A stretch of 64,000 bases of DNA from IMG/VR virus record IMGVR_UViG_3300032323_000894, positions 1 to 64,000 of that record; one strand, given 5' to 3'. This document shows, one piece after another, positions 11,738-22,073 of this stretch. Position 1 is the first letter of the stretch. Each line of letters opens with the position of its first letter. Made by a program: the position numbers and the translations under genes. This stretch comes from a virus. The notes beneath the pieces are model-generated. The model had not been told where the DNA came from and made no database searches. It saw nothing but the letters and a program-made list of their open reading frames with translations.

Positions 11738-13956
11738 TGTCTGCAAAAATGAAAATACCAACCACCCCACATTATGTGGCTTTTGGTAGAAACGTGGGAA
11801 TAAGCGTACCGTATTCTGTAAGCTATTCTTTAGACGGCGTTAACTGGGTCCCGTCAACACTGCCAGCAGGGAGCGGTGGTCTTGGCAAAACAGCTTTTGG
11901 TGAAGATAGGTTTGTAGCAATAACCGACAACAATACTAACGAGGCTGCTTACTCAATTGATGGGATTACTTGGCTACCAACTACTCTGCCATCCGCCCAA
12001 TCCTGGACTACGGTAGCTTATGGTGGTGGAAAATTTGTCGCACTGGCAGCGGGGTCAAATGCTGCGGCTTATTCGACAGACGGAATCACTTGGACAGCAA
12101 CCACTCTACCAGCCAGTGGCTCTTGGTTGTCAGTAACTTACGCAGATGGCAAATTTGTTGCTATTGCTAGAGACTCATCGACTAGCGCCTATTCAACAAA
12201 CGGAATTACGTGGAACGCAGGGACCATGCCTTCTGGACTTTCTTGGCAACAAGTGGCCTATGGAGCGGGAAAGTTTGTTGCACTAGCTAATGGTTCATCT
12301 AACTTTGCTTATTCTACTAATGGTATTACTTGGACTATAGCTTTTTTGCCTTTTTCTGCAAACTGGATTTCGCTAGCTTACGGAGACGGAAAGTTTGTCG
12401 CACTAGTAGGTAACTCTTCTACCTCAGCGTATTCCTTAGACGGAGTATCCTGGACAGGTTCAAACATGCCGTCTTCTAGGTTTTGGAGCTCAATAACGTA
12501 TGGAGGTGAAAAGTTTGTGGCACTAGCATCTCAATCTACAACAACTGCCTACTCTTCTGATGGAATTACCTGGACAGTATCCACTATGCCCGTAGCAGCT
12601 GGCTGGTCCTCCATAGCTTACGGAGAATTTTTTCAAAAAACCCTGTCCTACTCCGCTAGTTCAAACGGGCTATGGAGAGACATGGTAGCGCCCTATGTAA
12701 AAGTTGCTGGTGCTTGGAAAGTGGCTAAGTCTGCGTTTATAAAGGTCAGCGGGCAATGGAAAAATTGGTTTTTACAAGACGGAATACTGGACACCGAATT
12801 TGCAACCAATCTTCCATTTCCTATTGGAAGTAGAATTTGGGCTGCTGAACCACAGCCTGATGGAAAAATAGTTGTTGCAGGGGAATGGAACTCGCCAACT
12901 ACTCCTCTTGGCCTTCTTAGGTTAAACGCAAACGGAACTCAAGACATCTCTTGGGCGGGGATTGAAATAACTGGAATTCAAGAAATTCTACTACTTCCTA
13001 CTGGTAAATTTTTACTAGGAAAAGAAACGGGTAGACTTGCACTGCGCGGTATTAATTCAAACGGAGCTTTAAACAGCGATTTTGGTAATTTTAATGACCG
13101 CGAACTTCGGTTTACGTTAGAAGATACTCCTTCCATGGGGTCTAACCCTGTCATCGTTGCTTGCCTAAGAAACACCCCAAGTGGGAAAGTTATCGTAGCA
13201 GGACAATTTGACCGTTATGGTGGAACTGGAGGGACAACTGGAACAGTTGTTCCTCATCTAATTCAATTAAATTCCAACGGAACTTTAGATACAGCTTTTT
13301 TAACAAACATAGGTACTGCTACAGGTGGTCGGCTGTTTAAGTATAGCGTAGCAGTTCAAGCAGATGGAAAGATAGTTATCGGTGGTAGTTTTACTTCTTT
13401 TAACGGAGTAGCCGCCCCGAGAATAGTTCGACTAAACAGCGACGGGACTATAGACACCGCTTTTATGGCAAACCTTGGAACGGGATTTTCTACATCCTCC
13501 TCAAAAGGGGTAGTTGGTAGCGTGTACGTGCAAAATGACGGAAAAATATTAGCGACACTAGGCTCTAACTCGTCTGCTCCGTTTACTGATTTTAACGGAA
13601 CTACTGTAGGAACAATCGTTCGTTTAAACTCTAATGGAACTTTAGACACGTCTTTTAGTACGTTAACTCTAGGGGTTAGTTTTCCACAAATTTTACCATT
13701 GTCTTCAGGAAAAATTTTTGTGTATGGTGCCAAGGCTCTTTTTAATAGGGGAATAGGAAGGCTTAACGTTGACGGAAGCTCAGACTTAGACTTTCTTAAT
13801 AACGTAGGAACAGGGTTTAGTAATAGTGCGTTCCTAAGAGACGCTGTCGAATTGCCTGATGGAAGAGTGCTAGTTATGGGAGATTTTAGTTCCTATAACG
13901 GGTTTGCTACTAAGCTAATTGCTCAAATAGGTGGGGACGGGTACTTTGTTAATTAA
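11737..13956 (+). CDS. Fibre tip/adhesin-like protein: BNR-like propeller plus delta-60 (DUF5122-like) propeller
   Basis: Repeats W.S..YG.GKFVA.......AYS.DGITW, then QPDGKIVVAG, QADGKIVIGGSFTSFNG and RLNSDGTID. Confidence 0.75.
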
Positions 13957-13990
13957 AGAATTGGTGCAGAAATACCCTAGTAGAATAGGT

Positions 13991-13996
13991 TAGTAT
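13991..13996 (+). promoter_or_regulatory. -10 box for a probable leaderless transcript
   Basis: TAGTAT 7 nt before ATG 14004; no SD. Confidence 0.45.
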
Positions 13997-14003
13997 AGAA
14001 GCT

Positions 14004-14228
14004 ATGACATCCATAAATTTTCCAGATACCCCAGCTGTAAACGACATTTACACTGTGGGCATTCGTTCATGGATTTGGACTGGGATTGCTTGGGAATCTG
14101 TGTCGGCTCCTGGACCCGTTGGTCCTACAGGTCCGCAGGGTGACTCCATTTCAAACATTGACGGTGGCATTCCAAACTCGCTTTATGGCGGAATCGTTTC
14201 TATTGACGGTGGGAGTGTACTTAGCTAA
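14004..14228 (+). CDS. Small fibre adaptor, paralog 1 (FP-type N-terminus, short collagen, double DGG C-terminus)
   Basis: MTSINFPDTP.VND.YTVG.RSW.W.G..WESV ... NIDGG...YGGI..IDGG. Confidence 0.75.
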   Translation: MTSINFPDTPAVNDIYTVGIRSWIWTGIAWESVSAPGPVGPTGPQGDSISNIDGGIPNSLYGGIVSIDGGSVLS

Positions 14229-14255
14229 GAGCACTCCTAGAGTATGCACTTAAGG

Positions 14256-14261
14256 TAAAAT
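14256..14261 (+). promoter_or_regulatory. -10 box for a probable leaderless transcript
   Basis: TAAAAT 7 nt before ATG 14269; no SD. Confidence 0.5.
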
Positions 14262-14268
14262 AAAAATT

Positions 14269-14514
14269 ATGACATCCATAGACTTTCCTAACTCACCAGC
14301 GTTAAATGATGTTTATACTGTAGGTAGTCGTTCTTGGAAATGGAACGGCACATTTTGGGAATCAGTAGGTACTACTGGACCCACAGGACCAACTGGCCCA
14401 ACAGGTGCTGAAGGTCCTGAAGGCCAGTCATTTGCCAACATGGATGGCGGTAAATCGGGTACTCTATACGGAGGAATAGCACCTATTGTTGGCGGAAGTT
14501 CAGGGAGTTTTTAA
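14269..14514 (+). CDS. Small fibre adaptor, paralog 2
   Basis: Clear paralog of 14004-14228. Confidence 0.75.
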   Translation: MTSIDFPNSPALNDVYTVGSRSWKWNGTFWESVGTTGPTGPTGPTGAEGPEGQSFANMDGGKSGTLYGGIAPIVGGSSGSF

Positions 14515-14774
14515 TGGCAGTACAAATTCAACTGCGCAATGACACCGCAGCAAACTGGTCTGCAAATAACCCTATTTTGGCTTTGGCCGAAATGGGCGTA
14601 GAAAACGATACTGACCAGTTCAAACTGGGTAACGGGGTTGACCCATGGAATGACTTGCCATACGGCGGCCTACAAGGTGCTGAAGGCGAATCATTTAACA
14701 ACATTGACGGTGGAATACCTGCTTCAATGTATGGAGGAATTAATTCTATTGATGGTGGAAGTGTAGGAAGCTAA
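14514..14774 (+). CDS. Mtd_N-like (major tropism determinant N-terminal) adaptor with double DGG C-terminus
   Basis: IQLRNDTAANW...NPILALAEMGVENDT.QFKLGNG..PWNDLPY. Confidence 0.78.
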   Translation: MAVQIQLRNDTAANWSANNPILALAEMGVENDTDQFKLGNGVDPWNDLPYGGLQGAEGESFNNIDGGIPASMYGGINSIDGGSVGS

Positions 14775-15040
14775 TGGCTGTACAAATTCAACTTAGGCGT
14801 GGAACCGCCAGCGAATGGACTAGCGCTAACCCAGTCCTAGCAGTTGCCGAAATGGGCATCGAGACTAACACTAACCAGTTTAAGATTGGTAACGGCTCTA
14901 CCCCATGGAACTCCCTTCCATACGGTGGTATTGCTGGTGCTGCTGGCCCTGCTGGTGCTACTGGCCCAGCTGGTGAACGAGGACCTGCGGGAACTGGTGA
15001 CGCTGGAACAATTAGCTCCTTCCTATTGATGGGGGCTTAA
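14774..15040 (+). CDS. Mtd_N-like adaptor with short collagen and FLLMGA C-terminus
   Basis: IQLRRGTASEWTSANPVLA.AEMGIET.T.QFKIGNG.TPWNSLPY. Confidence 0.78.
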   Translation: MAVQIQLRRGTASEWTSANPVLAVAEMGIETNTNQFKIGNGSTPWNSLPYGGIAGAAGPAGATGPAGERGPAGTGDAGTISSFLLMGA

Positions 15041-15041
15041 T

Positions 15042-15374
15042 ATGCCCGCGGCATACTCTGTATTAGGTCAGAGACGTCCTACCACCTTTGGTACTACTAC
15101 TCTTTTCACTGCGTCTAGTTCTCTAGGTACTGTAATTTCTACACTATCAATTACTAATACCACCGACATTACCTCGTCAGCTAGTGTATACATTCCTACA
15201 GTTGCTGGTGGAGGCACAAACGCCAACGCGCTACTGAGAAACGTAGAAATTTTTCCAAAGAGCACTGTAGCCCTAACTCTAGGTATCACCCTAGAGGCTG
15301 GGCGAGTACTTGACGTACAGTCAAGCGAATCTGGTGCGCTAACATTTCAAGCTTTCGGAAGTGAGATTTCTTAA
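15042..15374 (+). CDS. Small beta-rich structural protein (YSVLGQ...TF.AFGSE family, copy 1)
   Basis: Paralogous to 17479-17835 and to the split scaffold of 15374-17479. Confidence 0.7.
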   Translation: MPAAYSVLGQRRPTTFGTTTLFTASSSLGTVISTLSITNTTDITSSASVYIPTVAGGGTNANALLRNVEIFPKSTVALTLGITLEAGRVLDVQSSESGALTFQAFGSEIS

Positions 15375-17479
15375 TGCCAATTGCATATTCAGTCCTGGCT
15401 CAGAGCCAGCCAAGAGCAAACTTCGACGCAGCTACTTGGACTACAAGAGTATCCTCTACTGGGTCCGCGGCTATTCGTGCAGTTACTTTTGGTGCTAACC
15501 AGTACAATAAGCCCCTATTTGTTTCGGGAGACGCAGCAGGCTCTGTAAAGCTATCTGAAGATGGCATTATGTGGTCCGATGCTGTAACCGTAACTTCTCA
15601 GCCAATCAACGCTTTTGTATACACTACTAACTTTAACTCTACATTTAACAGCATTAACTGGTGGGTTCTAGGCGCTAACAACGGAATCATTGCTACCTCT
15701 TCTGACGCCATGACCTGGACTTCAAGAACCTCTGGTTTTGGAGCTACTGTGCCTGTTCTTGGTCTTGCTTACGGTGAAGGAAGCTACGTAGCTGTTGGTG
15801 GAGCAGGAACTATCACTGCTTCTACTGACGCAGTTACCTGGGTTACACGTACTTCCCCTGTAGTTACCGCTCTTACTTCCATTACTTATGGTGCTGACAC
15901 GTTTGTAGCCACTGGTACTGGTGGAGTTGTAACCTCAGATGACGGTGTTACTTGGGCCCAAAGAACTGCTGGATTTTCCGTAACCACTATCAACGCTGTT
16001 GTATTTGGTAATGGCCTGTTTGTTGTTGGAGACGAAGTTGGTAGGATAACCGTTTCTACTAATGGTATTACTTGGACTTCCCGCCCACAAATCCACAATG
16101 TTAGAGCGCTGTCTTTTGCTGAAGGCAACTACATTGCAGCAGGAGCTAACGGAGCACTTTCCACCTCTACAGACTCCATCACTTGGGTAACACGACAGTC
16201 TGCTTTTAACACTAACCTAGGAATTAATGGGGTTGCTTACGGTAGCAACGCCTACGGTAACAACATTGTTGCCCTAGTTGGTGACGGACACACAGTTAAC
16301 AGCGCTCTGCTAGAAAGCGTTCAGGACGCTTACACGGTTCCTGCAGGCTCTCGCGTAGTGCTCTCAAGCGTTACTATTACCAACCCTACTAATAGGGACG
16401 TTCTTGCGGATGTTTACCTGCGAAGCAGGTCCTCTTTCAATGTGGGCCCTTGGGTACCAAAAACGCTTACAGTCGCTAGCACCCAGATTAACTCAATTGC
16501 ATTTGGTGGAAATCAGTACATCACCGCTGGAAACAACGGGCAAGTAAGAACTTCTACTGACGCAGTTACTTGGGTTGAAAGATTCTCAGGTTTTGGTACC
16601 AGCAACGTGAACGCCGCAGTAGTGGGCTCGAGCACCGTTGATAGAGTAGTATATGCTGTGGGTGGTGTTGGTGGAAGAATTTCTACCTCTACAGACTCAG
16701 TAGTATGGTCTACTAGAACTTCTGGTTTTGGAACCAGCTCTGTAAACGCCCTTAGCTTTGGTCTTAGCACATTTGTTGCTGCTGGAGAACTTGGTGCGTT
16801 AACCACCTCTACAGATGGAACTACTTGGACCTCAAGAACTTCTAATTTTGGGTTTAATAGTGTTCGTGCCCTTACTTTTGGTGGCGGCCTATTTGTGGCT
16901 GCAGGAGACTCTGGTACTCTAACCACTTCTACTAATGGGGCTACGTGGACAACTCGCTCTCCTCAGTTCGGAACTACTCCAATTTTCTCACTTACTTTTG
17001 GAAACAACACCTATGTTGCTGGTGGCGGACTCGGCTTGCTGTCCACCTCTACCGATGGAATTACTTGGACTTCTCGTCCAGCAGTAGCAACTCTTGTAAG
17101 CAGCTCTAACATTCAGGCCCTTACTTTTGGTGATGGAGTGTTTGTGTTGGCTACGGCTGCGGCGCGAATCGCTACTTCTACTAACGCAATTACTTGGACG
17201 CTTAGAACTACAGTGGCTAACTTGTACACTAACTTTAGGTCTGCAGGATACGCTAACGGTGTATTCTTGGTAGGAGACGAGTCAGGAAACTTGGCTATAA
17301 ACGACAGAAACCTTGTCAATAAGCCAGCTAACGCCCTTGTATTTAGGCAGGCAATTAAGCCTCGAGACGTCAAGGCTTTCACAGTAGGAGCTACTCTTTC
17401 TGAAGGAGACGTAATTTCTTTTGAAAGTTCTGCTAACGCTACACTAACATTCCACGCTTTTGGAGGTAGAGAGTTTTAA
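15374..17479 (+). CDS. BNR/Asp-box-like double beta-propeller fibre protein
   Basis: Many ~40-aa repeats TSTD..TWT.RTS.FG...I.AL.FG...FVA.G..G. Confidence 0.8.
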   Translation: MPIAYSVLAQSQPRANFDAATWTTRVSSTGSAAIRAVTFGANQYNKPLFVSGDAAGSVKLSEDGIMWSDAVTVTSQPINAFVYTTNFNSTFNSINWWVLGANNGIIATSSDAMTWTSRTSGFGATVPVLGLAYGEGSYVAVGGAGTITASTDAVTWVTRTSPVVTALTSITYGADTFVATGTGGVVTSDDGVTWAQRTAGFSVTTINAVVFGNGLFVVGDEVGRITVSTNGITWTSRPQIHNVRALSFAEGNYIAAGANGALSTSTDSITWVTRQSAFNTNLGINGVAYGSNAYGNNIVALVGDGHTVNSALLESVQDAYTVPAGSRVVLSSVTITNPTNRDVLADVYLRSRSSFNVGPWVPKTLTVASTQINSIAFGGNQYITAGNNGQVRTSTDAVTWVERFSGFGTSNVNAAVVGSSTVDRVVYAVGGVGGRISTSTDSVVWSTRTSGFGTSSVNALSFGLSTFVAAGELGALTTSTDGTTWTSRTSNFGFNSVRALTFGGGLFVAAGDSGTLTTSTNGATWTTRSPQFGTTPIFSLTFGNNTYVAGGGLGLLSTSTDGITWTSRPAVATLVSSSNIQALTFGDGVFVLATAAARIATSTNAITWTLRTTVANLYTNFRSAGYANGVFLVGDESGNLAINDRNLVNKPANALVFRQAIKPRDVKAFTVGATLSEGDVISFESSANATLTFHAFGGREF

Positions 17480-17835
17480 TGTCAATAAGTATTCTAGCTA
17501 GAACAGCTCCCACAAGTACTACTCCGTTTGCTTTGACGGCCAACCTATTGTCAGGCTCTACTGAAGCTGGAGTTCTGTCCTCACTGGTAGTCACTAACAC
17601 CACGTCTTTGCCTGTAGTGTACAGCGTGTACCTAATCTCTAGGAATGGCCCAGCTACTCCGTCAATAGAGAACGCCCTAGTATTTCAGCAGACAATTAAA
17701 AAGAACGAAGTAATAGACCTAACTTATGGTCTAACTTTAGGTTGGGGAAGTGGCACCCAAGATGTTATTTTTGTAGAATCAGGAACTCCTGACGCTCTAA
17801 CATTCACCGCATTTGGAAGTAAGGTCGCAATCTAA
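17479..17835 (+). CDS. Small beta-rich structural protein (copy 3 of the 15042 family)
   Basis: LSSLVVTNTT..NALVFQ..I..LT.GLTL..ESG..ALTF.AFGS. Confidence 0.7.
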   Translation: MSISILARTAPTSTTPFALTANLLSGSTEAGVLSSLVVTNTTSLPVVYSVYLISRNGPATPSIENALVFQQTIKKNEVIDLTYGLTLGWGSGTQDVIFVESGTPDALTFTAFGSKVAI

Positions 17836-20012
17836 TGGCTATTAGACAGTCTAACGTATCTACTCTTTTTACTGCAGGACAGGGTGCCGCAGTTACACCC
17901 ATATCCAAGACTTACGTAGGTCAGTTTGCTCAGACTACTTATCTTGACAGATTCAAGATTCCTTCTGGACCTTACGTTGTAAACATGCAGATTCTAGGAA
18001 CTGAAGTTAACTCTGGTGTAGACATCAGGTTAGATAACCCTGAGGGTCAGTCAATTGCTAACTACAGGCTAATTAACACAGGTGTCACTACTACTAACTT
18101 TACAATTATGACAGACTACGTATTTTTAAATACTACCCCTGATAGGTTTGTTCCATCTAACCCTAATCTTACTTGGACTACCAGAACTTCTAACTTTGGA
18201 ACTACAAACATCAACGCTCTGGCGTTTGGTGATGATTTCTTCGCACCTGGAGTGTCGTCTGGACTGTTGTTGGCAGCAGGAGACAACACTCAGATAAGAA
18301 CTTCTACAGATGGCGTTACTTGGACTACTAGAACCACTACGTTTGCTACCCCTTCAGCCTCTCTTCGAGCAGCTACTTACGGTTTTAACGGAACCAACGG
18401 AGTCTACCTTGTTGCAGGTGACTCTGGTCAGATTGCTGGTTCTACAGATGGTCTTTCTTGGACTACTAGAGCTGCACCATTTGGAACTACAAACATTAAC
18501 GGTCTTGGATACGCTAACCGAATCTTTGTTGCCGTAGGTAGCAACGGAACTATCTGGACATCTGGAGATACCACTAGCTGGACAGGTAGAACATCTAACG
18601 TAGGAACTAACATTCTCCGTTCCGTTACTCACGGACTTGGTTTCCGTTGGGTTGCTGTTGGTGACAACGGAACAATCACTACTTCTGATGATTCGGCTGT
18701 TACTTGGACTGCAAGAACCTCTGGATTTACTAACAGCGATATTCTTACAGTTTGCTACGGCCGTGACAACACTTACGTTGCCGCAGGTACTCAGGGTCGC
18801 TTGGCTACCTCGTTTAACGGTGTTGACCAGTGGATTCAGAGAACTACTGGTTTTGGTACCGAGACAATTACTTCGGTAACTTATGGCGATGACATCTATG
18901 TAGCTGTCGGAGCTGCTGGAACCGTGGCCTCATCTGTTGACGGTATTACTTGGGTCAGACAGCCTTCAAATACTTGGGCTTCTACCCCTCTTCGCGCGGT
19001 TACTTGGGCGCCTATCGGAACTTCAACTGGTACTTACGTAACTTCTGGTGATGCAGGTACTCTGGCAACAGCGGTACCAGCTAGCACTGAGCGAGTTTCT
19101 GTCTCTAGATTGTTCGTTAACTTTAATGATGTTGGATTCATCGGTCGAGACGGTGTCTCAGGAGCAGTTACTTGGGCTACTGGTGGCTACGGCGATGGAT
19201 TGTTCTTTATCGGTGGTAGCGGTTCGACATTCTCTACTTCTACCAACGGCTTAACTTGGACAGCTCGAGGAAACGGACTCAGTGGAGATACCCGTGGAAC
19301 AGCTTTTGGTAACAACACCTATGTTTCTGCTGGAACTGCTGGCCGTGTAACCACTTCTACAGACAGCATTTCTTGGACTGCTAGAACTCCTAACTTTGGA
19401 ACTAGCGCAATCAACAGCCTTGTTTATGGAAATGGTCTGTTTGTACTCGCAGGTGAGGCTGGTCAAGTAAGAACCTCCGCAGACGCGGTTATCTGGACAA
19501 CTCGTGACGGTGGTTTTGGACCACAGACAGTTAACGCGCTACTTTACGCTAACTCTCAGAACCTATTTGTAGCCGCTGGAAACGCAGCAACAATTTCTAC
19601 CTCTACCAACGGTATTCTGTGGACATCACGTACTTCTGGTTACGCTGTAGACGTTAACCTTCGTGCGCTTACTTACGGAAATGGTTTGTACGTAGTTGCT
19701 GGAACTAACGGTAACTTGGCAGTTTCTACTAACGCAATTACTTGGACCACTAGAAACGCAAACTTTGGAACTAGCACCATTAACGCTCTAACTTTCCACA
19801 GAAACTTGTTTATGGCTGTAGGAGACGCTGGTCAGATTAGGACTTCAACCGACACTATTAGCTGGACATCTCGTGTATCAAACACTGGTGGTCAGTTCTT
19901 AGGCGCGGTGTCTGCTTTAGGAACCTACTTGGCAATCGGTGTTAGTGGATTGGTCCATTCAAAGCAGCAGGGTGCAGCCCTGGTTCAGTTCGCGCCAGTA
20001 GTTAGTAACTAA
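17835..20012 (+). CDS. BNR/Asp-box-like beta-propeller repeat protein
   Basis: Same TSTD.WT.RT repeat family; TAATG-coupled. Confidence 0.8.
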   Translation: MAIRQSNVSTLFTAGQGAAVTPISKTYVGQFAQTTYLDRFKIPSGPYVVNMQILGTEVNSGVDIRLDNPEGQSIANYRLINTGVTTTNFTIMTDYVFLNTTPDRFVPSNPNLTWTTRTSNFGTTNINALAFGDDFFAPGVSSGLLLAAGDNTQIRTSTDGVTWTTRTTTFATPSASLRAATYGFNGTNGVYLVAGDSGQIAGSTDGLSWTTRAAPFGTTNINGLGYANRIFVAVGSNGTIWTSGDTTSWTGRTSNVGTNILRSVTHGLGFRWVAVGDNGTITTSDDSAVTWTARTSGFTNSDILTVCYGRDNTYVAAGTQGRLATSFNGVDQWIQRTTGFGTETITSVTYGDDIYVAVGAAGTVASSVDGITWVRQPSNTWASTPLRAVTWAPIGTSTGTYVTSGDAGTLATAVPASTERVSVSRLFVNFNDVGFIGRDGVSGAVTWATGGYGDGLFFIGGSGSTFSTSTNGLTWTARGNGLSGDTRGTAFGNNTYVSAGTAGRVTTSTDSISWTARTPNFGTSAINSLVYGNGLFVLAGEAGQVRTSADAVIWTTRDGGFGPQTVNALLYANSQNLFVAAGNAATISTSTNGILWTSRTSGYAVDVNLRALTYGNGLYVVAGTNGNLAVSTNAITWTTRNANFGTSTINALTFHRNLFMAVGDAGQIRTSTDTISWTSRVSNTGGQFLGAVSALGTYLAIGVSGLVHSKQQGAALVQFAPVVSN

Positions 20013-20021
20013 GGAGTTAAA

Positions 20022-21371
20022 TTGGCCATTTCACAGATAGTTAACCCAAACCCAGTAACGGGTGTACCTGTTGGTACTGAGCTAGTTCACTCTAGCTACA
20101 TTAGGACCACTCAGAACAAGATTATTACTAAGGACCGAGTTCCTGCGTCTATTCCTCCTGGTACATACGCTGTTGTAGGTATGCGTACTCGTGGAGCGAA
20201 CAACGTTCTAGTTACTTTTAGGGATGCAGATGATGAGACGGTATTCGGCTATCCTGTGCTTCCTGCTGCCAGCAGGCTTCTTACCGAATTTCCGTCTAAC
20301 CAAGCTACTATGGTTCAGCTTATGGTTGTTGACAAAGAAGTAACCTCTGTAACTTACAACTACTCTTGGCAGAGTTGGACAGAGCGAACCCACTCTATGA
20401 GCACAACTACTGGCCATATCAATGCTATGGCTTATGCTAATGGTTATTTTGTTGCTGTGGGAAACAACGTCAACCAGTTCTCTGTCACTAACTCTTCTGA
20501 TGGAATTACCTGGACAGTAAGACTAAACAGCGCCGCCTCGGCCTCAGCGTTTGCTCTTACTTACGGAAATTACCGTGGAAATAAAACTTGGGTTGCCGCT
20601 GGTACTGGTGGAATTATTTTTAGCTCTACAGACAGCAACACGTGGATTCAAAGAACCTCCCCTACTGTACAGCAACTACAGGCTGCTGCGTTTGGTGTTT
20701 CTACATTCCTTCTAGCGGGAGCGTCTGGCGCACTCGTCAGCTCTACTGACGGATTTACTTGGATTAACAGAACCTCAGGATTTGGTGTTACTCCAATTAA
20801 CGCTTTGGTTTTTGGAAATGGCGTTTTTGCCATGGCTGGAGATGGAGGTAGACTTTCTACTTCTACAGACGGCATTAACTGGACTACTAGAACTTCAGGA
20901 TTTGCTACTACGTCTATTCGTGCCCTTGCATTTGGTAACGGGTTGTTCCTAGCTGGTGGAGATAACGGTGTCCTAACTACCTCAACAGATGCGATTACTT
21001 GGACTACAAGAAACGCAAACTTTGGTACCACCGTAATTAGGTCTATCATTTGGGGAGAAGGCCTTTACGTTCTTGCTGGTGATAACGGTTCAATTAGGGT
21101 ATCGACAGACGGCTATGAGTGGCAAGTTAGACCGCAGCTATTTACTGGTACCCAGATTAGAGCCCTAACTTACGGCTCTGGTATCGGTATTTTTAGTAGC
21201 CCAGTATCGGGTACTTTGCCTCCTCTTAACACCTACCCAGCTCAAATGACTCCTATCCTAGGAAACACAGGTGGCCAGTACATTGCAGCTGGAGGAAACG
21301 GTACTTCTGGAGGCCGTTTGGCCCAGTCTGAACAGGGATTTGAGGCGACAGTTCAGGTTTACAGAGTTTAA
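20022..21371 (+). CDS. BNR/Asp-box-like beta-propeller repeat protein
   Basis: Same repeat family; AAGGAG SD with TTG start. Confidence 0.78.
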   Translation: MAISQIVNPNPVTGVPVGTELVHSSYIRTTQNKIITKDRVPASIPPGTYAVVGMRTRGANNVLVTFRDADDETVFGYPVLPAASRLLTEFPSNQATMVQLMVVDKEVTSVTYNYSWQSWTERTHSMSTTTGHINAMAYANGYFVAVGNNVNQFSVTNSSDGITWTVRLNSAASASAFALTYGNYRGNKTWVAAGTGGIIFSSTDSNTWIQRTSPTVQQLQAAAFGVSTFLLAGASGALVSSTDGFTWINRTSGFGVTPINALVFGNGVFAMAGDGGRLSTSTDGINWTTRTSGFATTSIRALAFGNGLFLAGGDNGVLTTSTDAITWTTRNANFGTTVIRSIIWGEGLYVLAGDNGSIRVSTDGYEWQVRPQLFTGTQIRALTYGSGIGIFSSPVSGTLPPLNTYPAQMTPILGNTGGQYIAAGGNGTSGGRLAQSEQGFEATVQVYRV

Positions 21372-21382
21372 AACTGTAGTAG

Positions 21383-21388
21383 TATACT
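21383..21388 (+). promoter_or_regulatory. -10 box for a probable leaderless transcript of the glycosyltransferase genes
   Basis: TATACT 7 nt before ATG 21396; no SD. Confidence 0.55.
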
Positions 21389-21395
21389 AATTACT

Positions 21396-22073
21396 ATGGA
21401 TAAAAAACCACATGTAAATTTAATCATTGCAACACCTGGACACTCATTGATGTCAACTTACGTTCGCAGCCTTTTGGCTGCTACGCAGATGTTGGCCTCA
21501 AAAGGAATTACTTGGGCTTGGAGCTCAGAGTATTCCTCCCACGTAGCTGACGCTCGTGAAATGACTCTAAATGGCGACAACCAAAACGACCCTTCTGAGC
21601 AGCGTCCGTTTAAAGGCCAAGTAACCTACGATAAAATTCTTTGGATTGATTCGGACATTGCGTTTACTCCTGAAGACGTACTAAAGCTGTACGAGTCAGA
21701 CTACGACGTAGTTACTGGCGCGTACTTGCTGGCTAACGGAGAAGTTGTTGTCTACAAAGAGCTTTTTGGAACTGGCTACAACTACGATGATGTAAAAGAT
21801 ATGACAGAGCCAATAAAAGTATTCGGCGCTGGATTCGGCTTTATTATGATAAAGCAGGGCATCTTTGAACAGCTAACTCGACCTTGGTTTCAGTCACCTA
21901 TGGCATCAAAAACCATGGATGATGGAACCGAATTTACTTTCCCAATCATGGGAGAGGACCTTTCTTGGTGTAAGAGGGTCAACGACTTAGGGATTGACAT
22001 TTGGTTTGACCCTACAGTTCGTGTAACGCACCATAAAATGATGAAACTAACCTGGGAAGGAATTAAACCATGA
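21396..22073 (+). CDS. GT-A fold glycosyltransferase-like protein
   Basis: ILWIDSDI (DxD), GAGFGF.MIK, GEDLSWC and W.DP.V.V.H.K motifs. Confidence 0.72.
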   Translation: MDKKPHVNLIIATPGHSLMSTYVRSLLAATQMLASKGITWAWSSEYSSHVADAREMTLNGDNQNDPSEQRPFKGQVTYDKILWIDSDIAFTPEDVLKLYESDYDVVTGAYLLANGEVVVYKELFGTGYNYDDVKDMTEPIKVFGAGFGFIMIKQGIFEQLTRPWFQSPMASKTMDDGTEFTFPIMGEDLSWCKRVNDLGIDIWFDPTVRVTHHKMMKLTWEGIKP

